DNA of 64,000 nt, from assembly GCA_966211685.1 (NCBI GenBank), contig CBIHOX010000011.1:7649-71648 (forward strand), in the 5' to 3' direction. Origin of the DNA: an uncultured Pseudoduganella sp. (GTDB lineage: Bacteria; Pseudomonadota; Gammaproteobacteria; Burkholderiales; Burkholderiaceae_D). Made by a program: the position numbers and the translations under genes. This document shows, piece after piece, positions 37,807 to 47,445 of the stretch. Below the pieces are notes generated by a model. The model was given only the letters and a program-made list of their open reading frames with translations, was not told where the DNA came from and searched no databases. The number at the start of each line of letters is the position of its first letter. Position 1 is the first letter of the stretch.

Positions 37807-39200
37807 CCTTCATTTCCTATTCGCAGAACCACGAAGACGTGCTGCTGTGGCGCGCGCTGGGCCACATCGCCAACGGTTTCTACATCGACGTCGGCGCCAA
37901 CGACCCGGAATTGCATTCCGTGACCAAGGCGTTCTACGACGCCGGCTGGCGCGGCATCAACGTCGAACCGATGCCGTCCTACCGCCAGCCGTTCCTCGAC
38001 CAGCGCCCGCGCGACATCAACCTCGCTTGCGCGGCCGGCGCAGAGGAAGGCGAGATCACGCTGTACGACGTGCCCGACATGAACGGCTGGGCCTCGACCG
38101 ACGCCGCGGTGGCCAGCGCCCACGCGGCCGACGGCTACGCGGTAACCGAAGTCAAGGTGCCGCTGCGCACCCTGTCCGGCATTTGCGCCGAGCACGTGCA
38201 GGGACCGATCCACTTCCTGAAGATCGACGTCGAAGGCTTCGAAGGCGCGGTCCTGCAAGGCATGGATTTCCAGCGCTGGCGCCCATGGGTGCTGGTGATC
38301 GAAGCCACCCTGCCGGGCCAGCGCACCACCAACCATGGCGACTGGGAACACCTGGTGCTGCCGCACGGCTACCGCTACGCCTACTTCGACGGTTTGAACC
38401 GCTATTACGTGGCCGAGGAACACCCGGCGCTGCTGGAGGCGTTGAACCTGCAGCCAAACGTGTTCGACGCGTTTATCCCGCACCATCTGGACAAGGCGTG
38501 GAAGCAGGAAAAGCAACTGGCGGCCGAGGTGCGCGCCAACTGGCAGCGCATCGATGAACTGGACGCCCATGCCGGCAAGCTCACGGCCGACCTGCAGCGG
38601 CGTGCGCAGGAAAACGCGCGCCAGGCCAGCCAGCTGGAGGAATTGCAGCAGCAGGCGCTGCGCATGGTCGAGCATTTGCAGCAGACCCAGGACCAGCTGC
38701 AGGAAACCATCCAGCGCGAGCTGGCCGCCCTGCAGCGCGAACAGGCGGCGCTGCAGCGCGAACAGGCCGCCAACCAGCGCGAACAAACCACCTACGCCTC
38801 GCTGCTGCGCGCCGACGAATGGGGCCGCAACCTGGAACAGCGCCTGAATGCGGTCTACGCCAGCTCGTCGTGGCGCATCACCGCGCCGCTGCGCCTGGTC
38901 ATGCGGCGCGGGCCGGACAGCCTGCCGAACCTGGTGCGCCGCAAGGCCAAGGGCGCGCTGCGCCGCGGCCTGCGCTGGCTGACGTCGCGCGAAGCGCTGC
39001 GCCGCACGCTGTTGCCGGTGATCGGCCGTTCGCCCTGGCTGCAGCAGCAGGTCGCCAATACACTGGCCGCCGCCAAGATGGCGACCGCGCCGGACAGCGC
39101 CGCCACGCCCGACGTGCCATCGCAATTGCGCGACTTGTCCATCCCGGCCCGCGCCGTGCTGGCCGACTTGCAGCGCGCCTTTGACACCCAAGCCAAATGA
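37803..39200 (+). CDS. FkbM-family methyltransferase with C-terminal coiled coil (WbdD-like chain terminator)
   Basis: SYSQNHED, FYIDVGANDP, GINVEP, HFLKIDVEGFE, then a Q/E/L/R heptad region and an SSSWRITAPLR amphipathic tail. Confidence 0.88.
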   Translation: MTFISYSQNHEDVLLWRALGHIANGFYIDVGANDPELHSVTKAFYDAGWRGINVEPMPSYRQPFLDQRPRDINLACAAGAEEGEITLYDVPDMNGWASTDAAVASAHAADGYAVTEVKVPLRTLSGICAEHVQGPIHFLKIDVEGFEGAVLQGMDFQRWRPWVLVIEATLPGQRTTNHGDWEHLVLPHGYRYAYFDGLNRYYVAEEHPALLEALNLQPNVFDAFIPHHLDKAWKQEKQLAAEVRANWQRIDELDAHAGKLTADLQRRAQENARQASQLEELQQQALRMVEHLQQTQDQLQETIQRELAALQREQAALQREQAANQREQTTYASLLRADEWGRNLEQRLNAVYASSSWRITAPLRLVMRRGPDSLPNLVRRKAKGALRRGLRWLTSREALRRTLLPVIGRSPWLQQQVANTLAAAKMATAPDSAATPDVPSQLRDLSIPARAVLADLQRAFDTQAK

Positions 39201-42200
39201 ACATGCCAACCTTGCGTCTCGTTATCGATTTACAGTCTTGCCAGACCGGCGCCGCCCATGACCGCGCCTTCGTGCTGGATCAGGCCAAGGCGCTGGCGCG
39301 TGTCGGCGCCGCGCAGGGCCACATGGTGCTGGCGGCCGTCAATGAAGCGTATCCCGACAGCGCGGCCGCCGTGCGCGCGGCATTGACCAGCGAACCGGGC
39401 GCGCTGCCGGCACGGCACATCGTCAGCTATGCCGTGCCGGCGCCGGACAGCGACTGGCAGCGCCACGCGGCCGAGCAACTGCGCGCCGGCTGGCTGGCCG
39501 GCTTCAATGCCGACGCCGTGTATGCGCCGGGCGTATTCGACATCCCGCAAACCGCGACCCTGTACACGGCGGCGCCGCACACGCTGAACGTGATCGGCGT
39601 CGGCGACGCCGGCCAGCTGGCCGCCAGCGCCGGCCCGCAACAGGCGCTGCTGTGCCAGCAACAGCAATTGCTGCGCCAATGCGACCTGGTGACCTTGCGC
39701 GACGCCGCGCTGCACATCAAGCTCGCCGCCTGCCTGCCGCCACAATCCCCGGCCGTGCCGGCCGACGCCACCGAAGCCGGCGCCGCCGCGCTGTTCGAGG
39801 CGATCCGCCTGGCCGCCCAGACGCTGGCCGCGCGCCAGGCCCTGCAGGCGCAGCCGGCCGGCCGCCCGCGCCTGGCGTACATTTCGCCGCTGCCGCCGGA
39901 ACCGTCGGGCATTGCCGACTACAGCGCCGAAGTGCTGGAGCAGATCGGCCAGTTTTACGACATCACGCTGGTGGCCACGCCAGGCGCCACGCCCAATGCC
40001 GCGATGCAGCGCTACCCCATCATCGACGCCGCCGCGTTCGCGCAGCAGGCCGCCGGTTTCGAGCGCATCGTTTACCACTTCGGCAATTCGAACATGCACA
40101 AGCACATGTTCGCGCTGCTGAAGGCGCATCCGGGCGTGGTGGTGCTGCACGACTTTTACCTCAGCGGTGTGCTCGACAACATGGAGCGCGACGGCGACGT
40201 GCCGGGCGCGTTCATGCAGGCGCTGCATGCGTCGCACGGCTACGGCGGCTTGCGCCACCATACCGAACATGGCCGCAACCCCACCATCTGGGCGTACCCG
40301 TGCAACAAGGAAGTGCTGGACCACGCGGCCGGCGTGATCGTGCACAGCGCCTACGCCAAACGCCTGGCCGAACAATGGTATGGCCCCGGCAGCGCCGACA
40401 GTTGGCGCACCCTGCCGCTGTTGCGCGGCGGCGCCGAAGGCGACCCGGCCGCGCGCCGCGCCGCCGCGCGCAAGGCGCTCGGCATCGCCGACGATGAATT
40501 CATCGTCAGCAGCTTCGGCATGCTGGGCGCGATCAAGCTCAACGACCGCCTGCTCGATGCTTACCTGGCCTCGCCGCTGGCCGGCCAGCGCCAGTGCCAC
40601 CTGGTCTTCGTCGGCGCCAATGACGCGGGACCGTATGGCGCCGAACTGCAGCGCCGCATCCAGGCCTCCGATGCGCGCGACCGCATCCGCATCACCGGCT
40701 TCGCCACCACGGAAGATTACGCCAACTGGCTGGCCGCCAGCGACGTGGCCGTGCAGTTGCGCACCATGACGCGCGGCGAATCGTCGGCATCCATCCTCGA
40801 CTGCCTGCTGTATGGCGTGCCCACCATCATCAATGCGCACGGCGCGGCGGCCGACCTGCCGGACGACGTGCTGGTGATGCTGGACGATGAATTCGACACG
40901 GCCGACCTGGCCGGCGCGCTGGCAAGCCTGCAAGGCGACGCCGCACGCCGCGCCCATCTGTCCGACGTGGCGCGCGCCTACATCCGCCGCGAGCACAGCC
41001 CGCAACAGGTCGGCCTGCAATACCGCGACGCCATCGAACACTTCCACCAGCGAAGCGGCCACGCGCATTACCGCCGCATGGTGGCGGCGCTGGCGCAGCC
41101 GGGCGCCCCGCGGCCGCCATCGGCCGACGCCCTGACGCCGCTGGCCCGGCAGATCGCCGCCAACCGCGCGCAACTGCTGCCCGGCCACCGCCAGCTGCTG
41201 GTCGATATCTCGGCGCTGGTGCAGACCGATTACAAGACCGGCATCCAGCGCGTGGTGCGCAGCGTGCTGCTGGCGCTGATCGCCGATCCGCCGGCCGGCT
41301 ACCGCGTCGAACCGGTCTACAGCGCCGGCGTGATGCACCCGTACCGTTATGCGCGCCGCTTCATGTGCGCCATGATCGGCGGCCAGGCGCCGGAACTGGA
41401 AGATGCGCCGATCGACACCGCCGCGGGCGACCTGTTCCTGGGCCTGGACCTGGCCTCGAACATCACCACGCAAAACGAGGCGCAATTCAAGCAGATGCGC
41501 CTGCGCGGCGTGGCGATCTGGTTCGTGGTCTATGACCTGTTGCCGCTGCTGCGTCCCGACGCTTTCCCATACGGCACGCAAAAATACTACGGCGACTACA
41601 TCAACACCGTCAGCCGCATCGCCGACGGCGTGGCCGCGATTTCGCGCTCGGTGTCGGACGAACTGGCCGCGTGGCTGGCGTCCCGCCCGAGCCAGCGCGC
41701 GCAACCGCTGCAACTGGGCTATTTCCACCTGGGCGCCGACATTGCCGCCAGCGCGCCATCGACCGGCATGCCGGACAATGCCCAGCAAGTGCTGCAAGCC
41801 ATGCAGGGCGCGCCGACCCTGCTGATGGTCGGCACCATCGAACCGCGCAAGGGCCAGGCGCAGGCGCTGGCCGCGCTGGAATTGCTGTGGCAACAGGGCA
41901 TCGCGGTCAACCTCGTCATCGTCGGCAAACCCGGCTGGCTGGTGGACCAGGTGGTCAAGCGCCTGGAACAGCATCCGCAGCGCGAACGCCGCCTGTTCTG
42001 GCTGCCGGGCGTGTCCGATGAAATGCTGCTGCAGCTGTACCAGGGCTGCGCCGCGCTGCTGGCCGCCTCCGAAGGCGAAGGCTTCGGCTTGCCGCTGATC
42101 GAGGCCGCGCAGCATGGCTTGCCGATCATTGCGCGCGACATTCCCGTGTTCCGCGAAGTGGCCGGCGAACACGCGTACTACTTCGACGGCAAGGCGCCGC

Positions 42201-43717
42201 AGGCGCTGGCCGACGCGGTCCGGTCGTGGCTGGCCCTGCACGCGGAAGGCAAGGCGCCCGCGTCGGCCGGCATGCCGTGGCTGACGTGGGAACAAAGCGC
42301 GCGCCAGCTGGTCGACGTGGTGGTGCACGGCCGCGCCCATGGCAGCTTCGCCGCCGGCCGCGTGGCGCCGCAACTGCTGGTCGACGTGTCGGCCGTGGCG
42401 CGCGAAGACTTGAAGACCGGCATCCAGCGCGTGGTGCGGGCGCAATTGTCGGAATTGCTGCGCCTGCCGACCACCGCATTCCAGGTGGTGCCGGTGTACC
42501 TGACCGACGAGGGCAACCGCTGGCACTACCGCTACGCGCGCCGCTATGAGCACACCATGCTCGGCACCGACAGCTATGGCGTGGTCGATGACGAAGTGCG
42601 CGTGTCGGCCGGCGACGTGTTCTACAGCCCGGACTTCTTCCCCGGCGCCGTCACCGAAGCGGCCAACACCGGCCTGTATGCGCGCTGGCGCGCGGCCGGC
42701 GTCAGCGTGAATTTCCTGGTGCACGACATCCTGCCCGTGCTGCGGCCGGACTTCTTCCCGCCCAACACCGACGCGGTGTTCGAGCGCTGGCTCAAGGCCA
42801 TCAGCGGCCATGCCGACCGGCTGGTCTGCATCAGCGGCGCGGTGGCCGACGAAACGCGCCAGTGGCTGCGGCAAAAGCTGCCGCACCAGGCCATGCCGGA
42901 GATGGTGGTCGTGCACCACGGCGCCGACATCGACGCTTCGCAGCCGAGCAAGGGCTTGCCCGACGACGCGCCTGCCGTGCTGGCCGACATCGCCGCCGCG
43001 CCATCCTTCCTGATGGTGGGCACGATCGAGCCGCGCAAGGGCCACCTGCAAGCGCTCGACGCGTTCGAGCAACTGTGGGCCGCCGGCGCCGACGTGCGCC
43101 TGGTGATCGTCGGAGGCGAAGGCTGGAAAGGCGTGCCCAATGCACAGCGCCGCACCATCCCCGCCATCATGGAGCGCCTGTCGTCGCACCCTGAACTGGG
43201 CAAGCGATTGCACTGGCTGCGCGGCATCAGCGATGAATACCTGGAGCGCGTGTACCAGTCGTGCGCCTGCCTGCTGGTGCCGAGCGAAGGCGAAGGCTTT
43301 GGCCTGCCGCTGATCGAGGCGGCGCGCCACGGCGTGCCGCTGATTGCGCGCGACATTCCGGTATTCCGCGAAGTGGCGCGCGAGCATGCGCACTACTTCA
43401 GCGGCAACGGCGGCGCCGACCTCGCCGGCACCATCACGGCCTGGCTGGCGGACAGCAAGGCCGGCAAGGTCACGGGCTCGCAAGGCATGCCGTGGCAAAC
43501 CTGGGCGGACAATGCTCGCCAGCTGGCCGCCGCGCTGTTTGGACCGGAGACCGCCGCCGCCATGGCCACCGCCGATGCGGCGCGCGCCGGGCATGCCGAT
43601 CCTGCTGCGCCTGCCGATCGCGCCGGGCGTGCCGCCGGCACAGCCAATGCGGCCGCCGCCAGCGCCATCAATGAACCGCTTGCCAACGCAGGCACCGAAC
43701 TGAGTACCACGCCATGA
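39197..43717 (+). CDS. Multidomain GT4 glycosyltransferase (1506 aa, WbdA-like polymerase)
   Basis: SPLPPEPSGIADYS module plus two LLVD.S...D.KTGIQRVVR ... MVGTIEPRKG ... EGFGLPLIEAA modules. Confidence 0.9.
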   Translation: MNMPTLRLVIDLQSCQTGAAHDRAFVLDQAKALARVGAAQGHMVLAAVNEAYPDSAAAVRAALTSEPGALPARHIVSYAVPAPDSDWQRHAAEQLRAGWLAGFNADAVYAPGVFDIPQTATLYTAAPHTLNVIGVGDAGQLAASAGPQQALLCQQQQLLRQCDLVTLRDAALHIKLAACLPPQSPAVPADATEAGAAALFEAIRLAAQTLAARQALQAQPAGRPRLAYISPLPPEPSGIADYSAEVLEQIGQFYDITLVATPGATPNAAMQRYPIIDAAAFAQQAAGFERIVYHFGNSNMHKHMFALLKAHPGVVVLHDFYLSGVLDNMERDGDVPGAFMQALHASHGYGGLRHHTEHGRNPTIWAYPCNKEVLDHAAGVIVHSAYAKRLAEQWYGPGSADSWRTLPLLRGGAEGDPAARRAAARKALGIADDEFIVSSFGMLGAIKLNDRLLDAYLASPLAGQRQCHLVFVGANDAGPYGAELQRRIQASDARDRIRITGFATTEDYANWLAASDVAVQLRTMTRGESSASILDCLLYGVPTIINAHGAAADLPDDVLVMLDDEFDTADLAGALASLQGDAARRAHLSDVARAYIRREHSPQQVGLQYRDAIEHFHQRSGHAHYRRMVAALAQPGAPRPPSADALTPLARQIAANRAQLLPGHRQLLVDISALVQTDYKTGIQRVVRSVLLALIADPPAGYRVEPVYSAGVMHPYRYARRFMCAMIGGQAPELEDAPIDTAAGDLFLGLDLASNITTQNEAQFKQMRLRGVAIWFVVYDLLPLLRPDAFPYGTQKYYGDYINTVSRIADGVAAISRSVSDELAAWLASRPSQRAQPLQLGYFHLGADIAASAPSTGMPDNAQQVLQAMQGAPTLLMVGTIEPRKGQAQALAALELLWQQGIAVNLVIVGKPGWLVDQVVKRLEQHPQRERRLFWLPGVSDEMLLQLYQGCAALLAASEGEGFGLPLIEAAQHGLPIIARDIPVFREVAGEHAYYFDGKAPQALADAVRSWLALHAEGKAPASAGMPWLTWEQSARQLVDVVVHGRAHGSFAAGRVAPQLLVDVSAVAREDLKTGIQRVVRAQLSELLRLPTTAFQVVPVYLTDEGNRWHYRYARRYEHTMLGTDSYGVVDDEVRVSAGDVFYSPDFFPGAVTEAANTGLYARWRAAGVSVNFLVHDILPVLRPDFFPPNTDAVFERWLKAISGHADRLVCISGAVADETRQWLRQKLPHQAMPEMVVVHHGADIDASQPSKGLPDDAPAVLADIAAAPSFLMVGTIEPRKGHLQALDAFEQLWAAGADVRLVIVGGEGWKGVPNAQRRTIPAIMERLSSHPELGKRLHWLRGISDEYLERVYQSCACLLVPSEGEGFGLPLIEAARHGVPLIARDIPVFREVAREHAHYFSGNGGADLAGTITAWLADSKAGKVTGSQGMPWQTWADNARQLAAALFGPETAAAMATADAARAGHADPAAPADRAGRAAGTANAAAASAINEPLANAGTELSTTP

Positions 43718-44706
43718 AAAACGATTACCAGGCAACCACCGCCGCGATTGCCGTCGTCATCCCCAGCTACCGCGTGACGCGCCACATCCTGGGCGTGATC
43801 GAATCGATCGGCCCGGAAGTGCTGCGCATTTACGTGGTCGATGACAAATGCCCGGACAATTCCGGCGAATTCGTCCGCGCCAACTGCCAGGACCCGCGCG
43901 TGGTAGTGATCTTCCACGAACAAAACCAGGGCGTGGGCGGCGCCGTGATGAGCGGTTACCGCGCCGCCATCCAGGATGGCATGACGGTGATCGTCAAGGT
44001 CGACGGCGACGGCCAGATGGACCCGCGCCTGATCCCGGAATTCGTCGCGCCCATCCTCAATGGCGAAGCCGACTACACCAAGGGCAACCGCTTCTTCGAC
44101 CTGGAACAGATCAGCGCCATGCCGCCGGTGCGGCTGTTCGGCAACGCGGTGCTGTCGCTGATGACCAAGCTGTCGTCCGGCTACTGGGATTTGTTCGATC
44201 CCACCAATGGCTATACCGCGATCCATGCCGACGCCGCGCGCCATTTGCCGTTCCATAAGATCAGCCAGCGCTACTTCTTTGAAACGGACATGCTGTTCCG
44301 CCTGAACACCATCAACGCCGCCGTGGTCGACGTGCCGATGGACGCCAGCTATGGCGATGAAGTCAGCAATTTGAAGATTTCCAAGATCATCACGGAATTT
44401 TTGTTCAAGCACGTGCGCAACTTCGGCAAGCGCGTGTTTTACAACTATTACCTGCGCAATATGTCGCTGGCATCGATTGAATTGCCGCTGGGCCTGCTGA
44501 TGTTGATCGGCGGCGCCGTGTATGGCGGCATCCACTGGATGCAGTCGGCCAAGGCCGGCCTGCCGACCGCGCCCGGCACCGTGATGCTGTCGGCGCTGCC
44601 GGTGCTGATGGGCACCCAGCTGATCCTCGCGTTCCTGTCGCACGACATCGCGTCCGTGCCGCGCCGTCCCATCCACCGCCGCAGCCTGTGGCGTGCGCCG
44701 AAATGA
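43714..44706 (+). CDS. GT2 glycosyltransferase with C-terminal TMs (polyprenol-phosphate glycosyltransferase-like)
   Basis: VVIPSY, VVDDKCPD, NQGVGGA, KVDGDGQMDP, DPTNGY, two C-terminal TMs. Confidence 0.88.
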   Translation: MKNDYQATTAAIAVVIPSYRVTRHILGVIESIGPEVLRIYVVDDKCPDNSGEFVRANCQDPRVVVIFHEQNQGVGGAVMSGYRAAIQDGMTVIVKVDGDGQMDPRLIPEFVAPILNGEADYTKGNRFFDLEQISAMPPVRLFGNAVLSLMTKLSSGYWDLFDPTNGYTAIHADAARHLPFHKISQRYFFETDMLFRLNTINAAVVDVPMDASYGDEVSNLKISKIITEFLFKHVRNFGKRVFYNYYLRNMSLASIELPLGLLMLIGGAVYGGIHWMQSAKAGLPTAPGTVMLSALPVLMGTQLILAFLSHDIASVPRRPIHRRSLWRAPK

Positions 44707-45119
44707 AGCGCCACGTGCAACGGTTGCGCCACCTGCGCCAGTTCGTCATCTATGTCGGCGGCGGCGTGGTGTCGGCGCTGATCGACATCGGCGTCATGCA
44801 ATGGCTGCTGTCGCTGGGCTGGCACGTGGTGGCCGCCAGCTCGGCCGGCTTCCTGACGGGCCTGCTGTTCAATTACATGTTCCACGCCAAGGTCACGTTC
44901 AGCGCCATGCCGCAGGGCCGCAGCTTTGCGCGCTACCTGGCGCTGGTGGCGGTGAATTACCTGATCACGGTCGCCATGGTCAGCGTGGCGCAAAGCCTGT
45001 TCGGCAGCGCGCTGGCAGGCAAGCTGGCGTCCCTGCCGGTGGTGGCCGTCAATGGCTACCTGCTCGGCAAATACTGGATCTTCAAGCCAGCCGTCGGCTC
45101 CGCCGCGCCCGCCAAATAA
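44703..45119 (+). CDS. GtrA-family flippase-like membrane protein
   Basis: RQFVIYVGGGVVSALIDIG...NYMFHAKVTF...RYL...NYL...KYWIF; four TMs; ATGA overlap with the GT2 gene. Confidence 0.85.
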   Translation: MKRHVQRLRHLRQFVIYVGGGVVSALIDIGVMQWLLSLGWHVVAASSAGFLTGLLFNYMFHAKVTFSAMPQGRSFARYLALVAVNYLITVAMVSVAQSLFGSALAGKLASLPVVAVNGYLLGKYWIFKPAVGSAAPAK

Positions 45120-45235
45120 AAACAACGACGGGAACCGCTGGTACAGGGTTCCCGTCCTGCCATTCAAAATGATGTCTTTTTGCTACATGTGCGTTATCAT
45201 CGCCGCCGTGTTGCCACTTTGAAAGTAATCTCTTC

Positions 45236-47353
45236 ATGTCTGTCTCACTGTCTGGCTCAAGCAGCAATTCCACACTGGGGCGCATCACCACGGCCCATGG
45301 TTTCACGGCCGCGCTGGTCATTGCCCTGTTGTACCTGGCGCTGCGCAATACCGGCCCCTATCCGCTGGTGTTTGCCGATGAATGGCTGTACAGCAAATTC
45401 GCGCGCCTGACCCCGCTGGGCGAGTCGCAATTGCCGTCGTACCTGTACCTGGGCCTGTATGGCTGGACCAATGCATGCGGCGCCGGCTTCCTGCAATGCA
45501 CGCGCCTGCTCAACGTGGCGTTCTTCATTGCCGCCGCCCCCTTCATTTACCTGGTGGCGCGCACGCTGCTGCCGCGCCCGGCCGCCGCAGTGCTGGCCGT
45601 GCTCAGCATGCTCTCGCCCATCAATGGCTATACCGCGTACTTCATGCCGGAAGCCATGTATTACTTCGGCTTCTGGGTCTTGACCTGGGTCTTGCTGCGC
45701 CCCGGCCTGCAAGCCACGCTGGCGCTGGGCGCCGGCGCCGGTGTGCTGCTGGGCCTGCTCAGCCTGATCAAGGTGCATGCGCTGTTCCTGTTGCCGGCGC
45801 TGTGCCTGTACCTGGTGTACGCGGCGTGGGCCGGCTCCGGCCGCCAGGGCTTGCTGCAGGGCGTGCTGGCCGCCGCAGCGGCGCTGGCGCTGACGATTGC
45901 CACCAAGCTTGGCGTCGCTTACCTGCTGGCCGGCAAACCCGGCTTGAGCCTGTTCGGCACGTTCTATGGCGGCCACGTCAACAACAGCGACCATGGCTTG
46001 CTGCATTTGCTGCCGCCGGCCCTGCACAATTTTTATGGCCACGCGATGGCGCTGGCCGTGCTGTTCGGCTTCCCGCTGCTGGCCTTTGCCGCCGCGGCCG
46101 CGTGCCGCGGCATGCGCAACGCCGTGGGCGCCCAGGGCCGCACGCTGCTGCTGTACACGGTCTTGATGCTCGGTTCCGCACTGGGCATGACGGTGGCCTA
46201 TACCGCCTCGATCGCCAATGCCGGCCCGCTGGAAGGCAGCCGCCTGCATTTGCGCTATTACGATTTTGCTTTCCCGTTACTGTTGCTGGCCGGCGCCGCC
46301 TGCATGGCGCAAGCCACGAAGATGTCGGCGCGGCTGCGCTGGCTGCTGGCCGGCGGCATGGCCGTGCTGGTGGGGTTTGCCGCGCTGCGCCTGCTGCCGG
46401 CCTACGTCAGCTCGCTGATCGATTGCCCGGAAGTGTTTACCCTGCTCGACAGCCAGGGCCGCTTTGGCCACGGCAGCACCCGCCCCGCGTCGGCGCTGCT
46501 GGTGGGCCTGGAAATCGGCTTGCTGCTGTGGTGGGCATGGCGCCCGCAACAGGCGGCGCGCGGCTTCCTGTACGGGCTGCTGCCGCTGATGATGCTGTGC
46601 TCGGAAATCGGCACCACGGTCGTGTTCCAGCGCGCCCAGGCCGGCAATGAATACGACGCGGCCGGCGCCGCCGTGCGCGCCGTGCTGACGCCGCGCCAGC
46701 GCGACGACGTGGCCATTGCCGGCAGCGACCTGGCCGGCCTGGCGCGCGCGCAATTCCACATCGACAGCCCGCGCGCCACCACCATTGAATTGCCGGCCGA
46801 TGTACCGTTCGACGCCATGCTGGCGCCGGCCGACAAGCGCTGGCTGCTGGTGGTCGGCAAGCATGCACTGCCGCCGGAATGGAAACCCGCGCTGGCCACG
46901 CCGGACTATGCGCTGATCCCGGTCACGGGCGCCGGCGCCATGCTGTACCAGCTGGAATTCGGCCAGCCGCGCAACAACCCGGCGCTGGAGCGCATCGAAG
47001 GCTTGCATGACGCGGAAGACTGGGGCAGCTGGTCCAGCGGCAAGACCGTCACGCTGCACTTCGTACAACCGCTGCCGGCGCGCGCCACGCTGGTGCTGGA
47101 AGGCCGCGCCTTCGGCCCCAACGCCGGCAAGGAATTCGTACTGCAGGCGGGTTCCACTACGCTGCCGTTCAAGCTGCAGGCCGGTCCGCAGCAATTGCTG
47201 CTGAAACTCGATACCGATGGCCGGCAGCGCCAGTTGACCATTACGGTGCCGCAACCGGCCTCGCCGCTGGCGCTCGGCATGGGCAACGACCAGCGCACGC
47301 TGGGCCTGGGGCTGACCCGCCTGGCGGTGGGCGAAACGCCGCCATCGCCATGA
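45236..47353 (+). CDS. Polytopic membrane protein, putative GT-C glycosyltransferase with C-terminal periplasmic beta domain
   Basis: FADEWLY acidic motif after TM1, YFMPEAMY, about 12 hydrophobic segments, C-terminal EDWGSWS...F..PLP domain; follows GT2 and GtrA. Confidence 0.65.
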   Translation: MSVSLSGSSSNSTLGRITTAHGFTAALVIALLYLALRNTGPYPLVFADEWLYSKFARLTPLGESQLPSYLYLGLYGWTNACGAGFLQCTRLLNVAFFIAAAPFIYLVARTLLPRPAAAVLAVLSMLSPINGYTAYFMPEAMYYFGFWVLTWVLLRPGLQATLALGAGAGVLLGLLSLIKVHALFLLPALCLYLVYAAWAGSGRQGLLQGVLAAAAALALTIATKLGVAYLLAGKPGLSLFGTFYGGHVNNSDHGLLHLLPPALHNFYGHAMALAVLFGFPLLAFAAAAACRGMRNAVGAQGRTLLLYTVLMLGSALGMTVAYTASIANAGPLEGSRLHLRYYDFAFPLLLLAGAACMAQATKMSARLRWLLAGGMAVLVGFAALRLLPAYVSSLIDCPEVFTLLDSQGRFGHGSTRPASALLVGLEIGLLLWWAWRPQQAARGFLYGLLPLMMLCSEIGTTVVFQRAQAGNEYDAAGAAVRAVLTPRQRDDVAIAGSDLAGLARAQFHIDSPRATTIELPADVPFDAMLAPADKRWLLVVGKHALPPEWKPALATPDYALIPVTGAGAMLYQLEFGQPRNNPALERIEGLHDAEDWGSWSSGKTVTLHFVQPLPARATLVLEGRAFGPNAGKEFVLQAGSTTLPFKLQAGPQQLLLKLDTDGRQRQLTITVPQPASPLALGMGNDQRTLGLGLTRLAVGETPPSP

Positions 47354-47372
47354 TGTATTGCTGTCTTCAGCT

Positions 47373-47410
47373 GTAGGGCGGATTAGCGGGCGCAGCCCGC
47401 GTAATCCGCC
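47373..47410. repeat. GTAG REP
   Basis: GTAGggcggattagcgggcgcagcccgcgtaatccgcc. Confidence 0.8.
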
Positions 47411-47445
47411 ACGCACCGCCGCATAAATTGTTCTCACCAACCCTT

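Noticed and set aside
39230-43735. 1501-aa minus-strand ORF, and similar ones at 30979-32937, 47506-49362, 49886-51952 and 53192-54847
   Set aside because: Shadows of well-supported genes on the opposite strand; Arg/Gly/His-rich translations without family motifs.
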